Shown here: positions 58,001 through 64,000 of the stretch, one piece after another
Layout of the letters: every line of letters begins with the position of its first letter
How positions within the stretch are numbered: the first letter of the stretch is position 1
NCBI RefSeq assembly: GCF_963853765.1
Contig: NC_088859.1
Span: forward strand, 31,434,001 to 31,498,000
From: Magallana gigas
Lineage: Eukaryota
Direction: 5' to 3'
Length of the DNA: 64,000 nucleotides
The notes under the pieces: model-generated
What the model saw: the letters and a program-made list of their open reading frames with translations, nothing else
Told to the model about the DNA's origin: nothing
Database searches by the model: none
Made by a program: the position numbers and the translations under genes

Positions 58001-60108
58001 CGGCAGCCAACTATTGCCATGTATCTCTTACGTCAATCTGTTCCAAAATGTTGGAACATATCCTCCATTCCAACTTCATGGACCACTTTGAAAGGAACTC
58101 CATCCTCACACCAGCCCAGCACGGATTCCGTAGTAAATGATCATGTGAAACCCAGCTTATAGCCACAGTTCAAGACCTGGCCAGTAACCTGTCAAACGGC
58201 AACCAGATTGACATCATACTGCTTAACTTTGCCAAAGCCTTCGACAAGGTACCACTTCGGCACCTGCTTCACAAGCTGAACTTTTATGGAATTCGAGGCT
58301 GCACTCTACAATGGATTGAGAGCTTCCTTACTGACAGAAAACAGAGAGTGCTGGTTGAAGGATTGTCCTCTAACATCGTAGACGTCAACTCAGGAGTTCC
58401 CCAAGGCACAGTAATGGGACCCCTATTATTCCTGGCCTATATCAACGATCTCCCTGAAGTTGTCCAGTCCAACGTAAAGCTTTTTGCTGATGACTGCCTC
58501 GTCTACCGAACGATTTGTTCAACCAGCGATACAATCCAACTCCAGCAGGACTTATCGGCACTCGAGAAGTGGGAGAGGGATTGGCAGATGGCTTTCCACC
58601 CCCAGAAATGTACAACCATCCACATTTCAAGGAAACACCATCCCATCAAGGTTTCATACCATCTACATGGCCACACCCTGGAAGAAGTCCCAAGTGGTAA
58701 ATACCTTGGAGTTACCATCAGCGAAGACCTATCTTGGCGTGAACATATCAACGCAACTTCGGCCAAAGTCACACGATCAGTTGGATTTCTCAGGAGGAAT
58801 CTCAGAAATTGCCGGAAGAGCATCCGAAGCCAGGCATTTACAACTCTCGTGCGTCCAGTACTGGAATACGCATCAGTTGTGTGGGATCTCTACCAACAAC
58901 AACTGATCAGTCGGCTAGAGAATGTTCAACGACAAGCAGCCAGATTAGCCACCGGGGACTACACGTCCAGGGACCCAGGCAGTATGTCTAGCATGTTACA
59001 CCAGCTAGGAGGGGAACCACTAGAGCACCGGAGAGCCAGGAACCGCACCATCATGCTCTACTAAATACTACACCACATTGTAGAGGTCCCAGTTCTCCAC
59101 CTACTGCATACCAACACTAGCAGAACTCGTGGTTCCTCCGCCAACAACATCCAGCAGATCAGCACCAGGATAGATGTCTACAAGTATTCCTTCCTTCCAG
59201 CAACCATTGTGGCATGGAACAACATCCCAGCCACAATCAGGAATTCTTCATCTGTAGACACCTTTAGACACGCCATCAACACCATTAGCGTGTCTACTAT
59301 CCTGCACCAATAGACAGCTCGCTTTTAACTTTTATCTGGGTATATAAGTTGTTTTCATCCGCTCACCATGAAATCACAAGCACTGGAGTCATGACACTCA
59401 AAGCTGAGTTTACTCCATAATGGGAAGAAGAAGAAGAATTATCCACTAAAAAGGGTTGAAAAACAAACTTATTTTCATAGTTAGGTTTAATTGTTTTCAC
59501 ACTTTCGTTTTTTTCTGCCTTGCACTACCGGCAGTTCATATCTGGGTCACCTTTTTAATTTGTAAATAATACATTAAATAATCGTGCAAATGTCAAACAA
59601 CTCCACACACTGATATTTATTTCTGTATTATACTTACCTAGCATGGATTTATTAAATCTTAACTTCGTTTTCCACCAATAATTTTTCTAAAAATTATTCG
59701 ATACTGGCAAATATTCGTTATTGGTAAAACGACTGTATGAAAGAATGACCTTTTGGGTAAAAATACATTGTTTAAAAGTATTTAAAAAAATAGAATTATT
59801 CATTGGCCTAGCACAAAATAAAAATAATAAAAAATAAAGTAACTATAAATCATATCCCGGTTGAATCAAATTATATTTTTTAAAGTAGGGCCTCAAAAAA
59901 CGTGTTGCCTTTCTCGTGATTTTTTGCTTTTTAAGTAAACTGAGCTGTGTATATTATTTATGCTCTATTTGATAAAACTTCAGGATTGTATTTGTAATGA
60001 CTATAAATTGAATTTAAGTACAAGAAAGTAATTATTACCAGAGACTGGAATGTTTTCCTCCACATCTTCAGTAGAAACTGTGTTTTGTGGCTCCTCGTCC
60101 GTCATCAT
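52062..60108 (-). CDS. DDX47: DEAD-box RNA helicase DDX47/Rrp3, about 447 aa; exon 1 carries an apparent 2-nt frameshift
   Basis: Exons 60039-60108, 56022-56115, 55688-55876, 55513-55584, 55261-55331, 55076-55123, 54861-54932, 54636-54752, 54341-54487, 54083-54159, 53695-53826, 52592-52721, 52062-52184. Motifs: [46 protein letters not shown] and a basic C-terminal tail. Confidence 0.93.
52961..53177. mobile_element. TA-flanked MITE in a DDX47 intron
   Basis: TA-CTGTAGATTCCT...AGGATTATACAG-TA, with internal CGCGA repeats. Confidence 0.65.
56942..59436 (+). mobile_element. 5'-truncated non-LTR retrotransposon (EN-RT LINE, RTE-X/CR1-like) in DDX47 intron 1, inactivated
   Basis: Endonuclease C-terminus ([10 protein letters not shown]), [38 protein letters not shown]. 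In-frame stops at about 57478, 57703, 58138 and 59062, plus a frameshift. (GAA)n 3' tail at 59424-59436. AATTATCC is repeated at 56934-56941 and 59437-59444, consistent with an 8-bp target-site duplication. Confidence 0.9.
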
Positions 60109-60323
60109 GCTTTCCCAATGTTTTCTAATTTTGTCAATGTCATTTAAAAGTTTGAAAAGAGCTGTTTGGAAAATTTCCATACAAACGCACACAAGACTTT
60201 CAAAATTTTAAACAGGTTGTACGTACATTTAGATTGTCTTAGTCAATGAAGAGTTTATCACAAGCAAACCTTTAAAATCTTATTAAAAACAATAATTGAC
60301 ATTGACAAAAACGTTTTCTGAAC

Positions 60324-60375
60324 ATGGCAAAGCATCATCCAGATCTTATATTTTGCAGGAAACAGCCTGGCGTTG
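60324..60375 (+). CDS. PHF5A: PHD finger-like domain protein 5A (SF3B component), exon 1 only; the rest lies beyond the window
   Basis: ATG...GTTG|GTAAGC encodes MAKHHPDLIFCRKQPGV, essentially the invariant PHF5A/Rds3 N-terminus. No exon encoding the following IGRLCEKC was found up to 64000. Confidence 0.88.
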
Positions 60376-60864
60376 GTAAGCTTTAAGCAAGAAGTTCAGG
60401 GTTTGACATTAATTTTTAAAAGTTCTAGATCAGTTGGGCTACTTCAACATTTTTTTTTACCAGCCCAAACCTTACTTTCAGAGTACCGCAGTTCCTTACT
60501 ATCTACAATATATTTTTAATAGTAAAACAAAAGATTGCACCTTTTTTCTCTGTCTAATTTTTTTCTAACTTTTCTTGCACAAATTTGTTTATCCTATTTT
60601 TTTTTTAATCTTTTGTTTTGTTTATTCATTATGTTTCTCTTATTTATCTGTATTGTTTAAAGGAGTAAAATGTTCCAAAATAACAGACCCCAAAATGAAA
60701 AAAAAAAACCCCACATCATACCTGTCAACTTTGAAAAACATGAATAAATGCTATATGTACCGGCGGTATGCAGATTGTACCATTTCTTCTACCCCATTCA
60801 AACCGACGGGTCACCAAATTCACAGTATTCTGAATTTCTCGCTAAATGCCGCCATTTTCATCTA

Positions 60865-61082
60865 CTGTGGAATCATTAAATTTCGTGGGGGCCAATTTTC
60901 GTGGATGGCTTTAATTGTACATGTTCGTGGGGATGTAATTTTGTGTATTTTCATATATCTATAAAAGGAAATATGACTTTATTACCCTAATTAAAAATTT
61001 GTGGAGGATGTTATTTCGTGGATGAGAGGTAACCACGAATTCCACGAAAATTGAGCCGCCACGAAATCTAATGATTCCAAAG
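60865..61082. mobile_element. TA-flanked MITE in PHF5A intron 1
   Basis: TA-CTGTGGAATCATTAAATTTCGTGG...CCACGAAATCTAATGATTCCAAAG-TA. Confidence 0.8.
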
Positions 61083-61228
61083 TAATTGCCAAACATGCAT
61101 TCCAGTGATGATTTTTATTAAGATGGATTTCATTTTGCTTCAGGTCTGCAATTTATACTGATATTGTCTCTGTTTTTGACTCTGATAGTCTAGATAAAAT
61201 ACCATCACCAGTCCTGTAAAATGAAGTA

Positions 61229-62300
61229 CCGTATTTTTCGGAAATTAGGTCGATACTTTTTTTCCATGACACGTGGATCTCGCCTTATTCATCGCTTCGC
61301 CCAATTTAAGGTTGTTTTTTTTTTGGTTGGAAAATTTTGCAAAAATTTATGCAACCCTCCAATAAAATCATGAGTGTTTACTATAATACTGCTTGAATTT
61401 CTGTGTAAAAATCGTATGGATTTTAATCAATATACTGTAGTAATTTATCATTTAAACAAAAATTAAATGTAAATAGATTTATTTCTTCTTACATTTCTTA
61501 CTTAGATCACTGACTGTATCATCTTTCGATCATTATGATATGCTGTCATGCATTTTGATCGTGTGCTTACGATAAACAGGAAATCGATTTCGCGCGGTAA
61601 AAGTAAAATGAGAACCGTACAAAGGGTAATTACGGGGGAGAAATATCGTCGGGTAGAAATAAAAAAAAAAAACCCAATTTGTTTTCATAATAGAATACAT
61701 GAACAAGTTTTTTTCTGTATATTCAACATAAAACTTTAAATGAAATATTAGCCAGGTGTCTCTGAAATCAGTCTGGGTAGCGCTTACTTTGTTTGTACAC
61801 AGATGAACTCTCGGCACGTGCTACTCATGCCCGCAGGCTTCAATAAGATCAGAGGTTGACTCGTGTGTATTTACACAGTAAAAAGTCACACAAAGTCACA
61901 GGGTGGCATGTGCTACCGTAGTCATGCCTCCAGGCTAAGGTTACTATCTCCCGGTTAACACCAGTTTGTACACATGGCAGGGAAGTAATAAAAAACTATC
62001 TTAAATTAAAACCGGCCGTACTGAATTAATTGGTTTGAAAATTTTGATGCAATTTCAGACATTTTCTTACGATGTTTTCAAGAAATACATTTTATTTCCC
62101 TTTTGTTTAAAACTGTGAAATAAGATTAAAGGCTACTATATGATAACGTTATCGGTTTAAACCATTTATTCATTAGAACTAGCGGTTATTTTTCGACCGA
62201 TTCTTCAAAGTCGACCTATTTATACTTTTTTAAATTTTTTTGCTAAAAACGACCTCCTTCGCCCAATAAACCGTATCGACCTAATTTTAAAAAAATACGG
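61229..62300. mobile_element. Non-autonomous DNA transposon of about 1.07 kb with TA target duplication
   Basis: Terminal inverted repeats CCGTATTTTTCGGAAATTAGGTCGATA and TATCGACCTAATTTTAAAAAAATACGG, each flanked by TA. No transposase ORF. Confidence 0.75.
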
Positions 62301-62486
62301 TATTGCAGTTTGTTTGCATGAAAAAATGGCAACTCTCAATCTCGATGTAATTCAGCATCCTTGATTTTCTGAGGTTGGTAGATGGTTCTGGGGAAAGTCT
62401 GAGGCAAGTTAAGAGAAGATATGAGTAGTAAATTGCATGAATCAGTCCAAAACTAGTGTATGTTTTTGTGCACAACAAAAACATGA

Positions 62487-63500
62487 TTTTTTAGCTCACC
62501 GAGACAAAGTCTGGGGGAGCTTATGCTATACCACCAGCATCGATGTCAGTGTCCGGACCTGGTTAAAGTTTTTGTTGCAGGTCCTGTATCTAAGTTATAA
62601 TGAATTACTTGTCCTATCTTCACCAAACTTGCATGAATGATGCATCTAGACCTACTTATGGAGTTGAAAGACTTGGATGCTGGATCTGGGACATGACTTT
62701 CAGATTCTGAATGAGACTAAGGTTTTTGGAGCAGGTGCACTTTGAAAGCAATTTTTAAGTTACTACTGGTCCTAACTTCACCAAACTTGCATGGATAGTG
62801 CATCTTATGATACTGATGCACCTGACAGACTTGAATGCTGAATCTGAGCCATAGGTTTCAGATGCTGGAGAAGGTTAAGGTGTTTAGAGCTGGTTAAAGC
62901 TTTTGGAGCAGGTGCCCTCTGATGATTATATTTTAGTTATTACTGGTCCTAACTTCACCAAACTTGAATTGAGGATGTGTCTTATAATACTGATGCACTT
63001 GAAAGGCTTGAATGCTGAATATGAACCATAGGATTCGGATGCTGGATTAGGTTAAGTTTTTTTTACAGCAGGTCACATGTTCAATAGATAATAGTACTAT
63101 TTCAAACTCTCATAGTTTTTGAACTAAAGTATAAATGAATCTTAGAGATAGCTTCAGATGCAGAGCCTTATCTCCATTATCAAGGATGCTAAAAAATATA
63201 TCTTAGTTATTGTTGTTCCTAACTTCTCCAAACTTGCATGGATGATGTGCCTTATGATACTGATGCACCTGGCAGGCTTGAATGCTGAATCTGAGCCAAG
63301 GGTTTCAGATGCTGGATGAGGTTTAGTTTTTTTGAATAGGTCACATGTTTTATAGATAGTAGCTTGTAAAGTTGATTAAAATATAATATAAATTAATTGC
63401 AGAAAAAGCTTCAGATGCAGAGCATGAGCTCCATTATCAAGGATGCTAAAAAAACCTCCTACCTCACTCAAACCTGCTAGGTAGATGTGTTTGTTGTTAA
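62487..63500. mobile_element. Helitron/Helentron-like non-autonomous element with irregular tandem units
   Basis: Starts TTTTTTAGCTCACC. The unit CTTCACCAAACTTGCATG...GATACTGATGCAC...TTGAATGCTGAAT recurs at about 62617, 62770, 62948 and 63217. Confidence 0.65.
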
Positions 63501-63519
63501 ATGATACAACATGATTCCT

Positions 63520-64000
63520 AGCAGGCTATGATATAGTATTGTATGATATGACATTGTTTCATATGATACAATATCATATCATATAATATATTATATTGTA
63601 AATTTTTTATGATACAATAAGATATTGTGTCAATTTTTTTTTTACATTTTCATGTGATATTTAATCATGATATTGTTATGTGTAATATTGTATATTATCA
63701 TATATGATATCATATAATGCAATATTCTATGATATCATATTGGTTTATATAATAAATTATTATATCACATGAAATTGTATCATGTGATATTGTAATATAT
63801 TATATAGATCATATGATATAATATTGTATATTATGGTTTAGTATAATATAATATTTTACCATATTGTATCATATATTATATATTATGATATTGTATTATG
63901 TGATCAAATACAATAATTTAATGGATAATATGATAATTTATGTCGTATCATATGTTACAATATCATATTGAACATTATTTTTTACAGTATTTTTTTGTAT
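63520..64000. repeat. AT-rich low-complexity, degenerate (ATATG/ATATC)n tract
   Basis: Almost entirely short ATAT, GATAT and TTGTA motifs. Confidence 0.8.

Noticed and set aside
61104-61186. Possible C/D snoRNA (GTGATGA ... CTGA) in PHF5A intron 1
   Set aside because: There is no convincing terminal stem and no recognisable rRNA or snRNA antisense element; these short boxes are common by chance.
61153-61214. Possible terminal exon on the minus strand (TGDGILSRLSESKTETISV*)
   Set aside because: No upstream partner exons or recognisable homology, and it lies inside a PHF5A intron.

Overview
AT-rich, intron-rich animal genomic DNA. The gene content and repeat families suggest a bivalve mollusc (oyster-like); that is inference. 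I reconstructed eight genes by hand from GT-AG splice sites and reading-frame phases: the 3' part of a type I fatty-acid synthase (+, 1-7714), a Dachs-type (class XX-like) unconventional myosin (-, 14960-30148), isovaleryl-CoA dehydrogenase IVD (+, 32247-37673), METTL23 (-), BOLA1 (+), a full-length M3A oligopeptidase-A homolog (-), DDX47 (-) and the first exon of PHF5A (+). Repeats include two LINE copies, several MITEs, Helitron/Helentron-like elements, a SINE and microsatellites. The main discovery candidate is in IVD. The 94-nt exon carrying the catalytic glutamate and part of the acyl-binding pocket is present in three diverged tandem copies (8A, 8B, 8C) that must be used mutually exclusively. 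An intronic element is antisense to the acceptors of 8A and 8B, a second long stem lies just upstream of 8C, and 8B has AT in place of its GT donor. Together these look like an RNA-structure-controlled splicing switch that could change the enzyme's substrate pocket. A second strong observation is that the M3 peptidase has an intact 726-codon frame but has lost all its zinc ligands and catalytic residues, so it is a likely pseudoenzyme.
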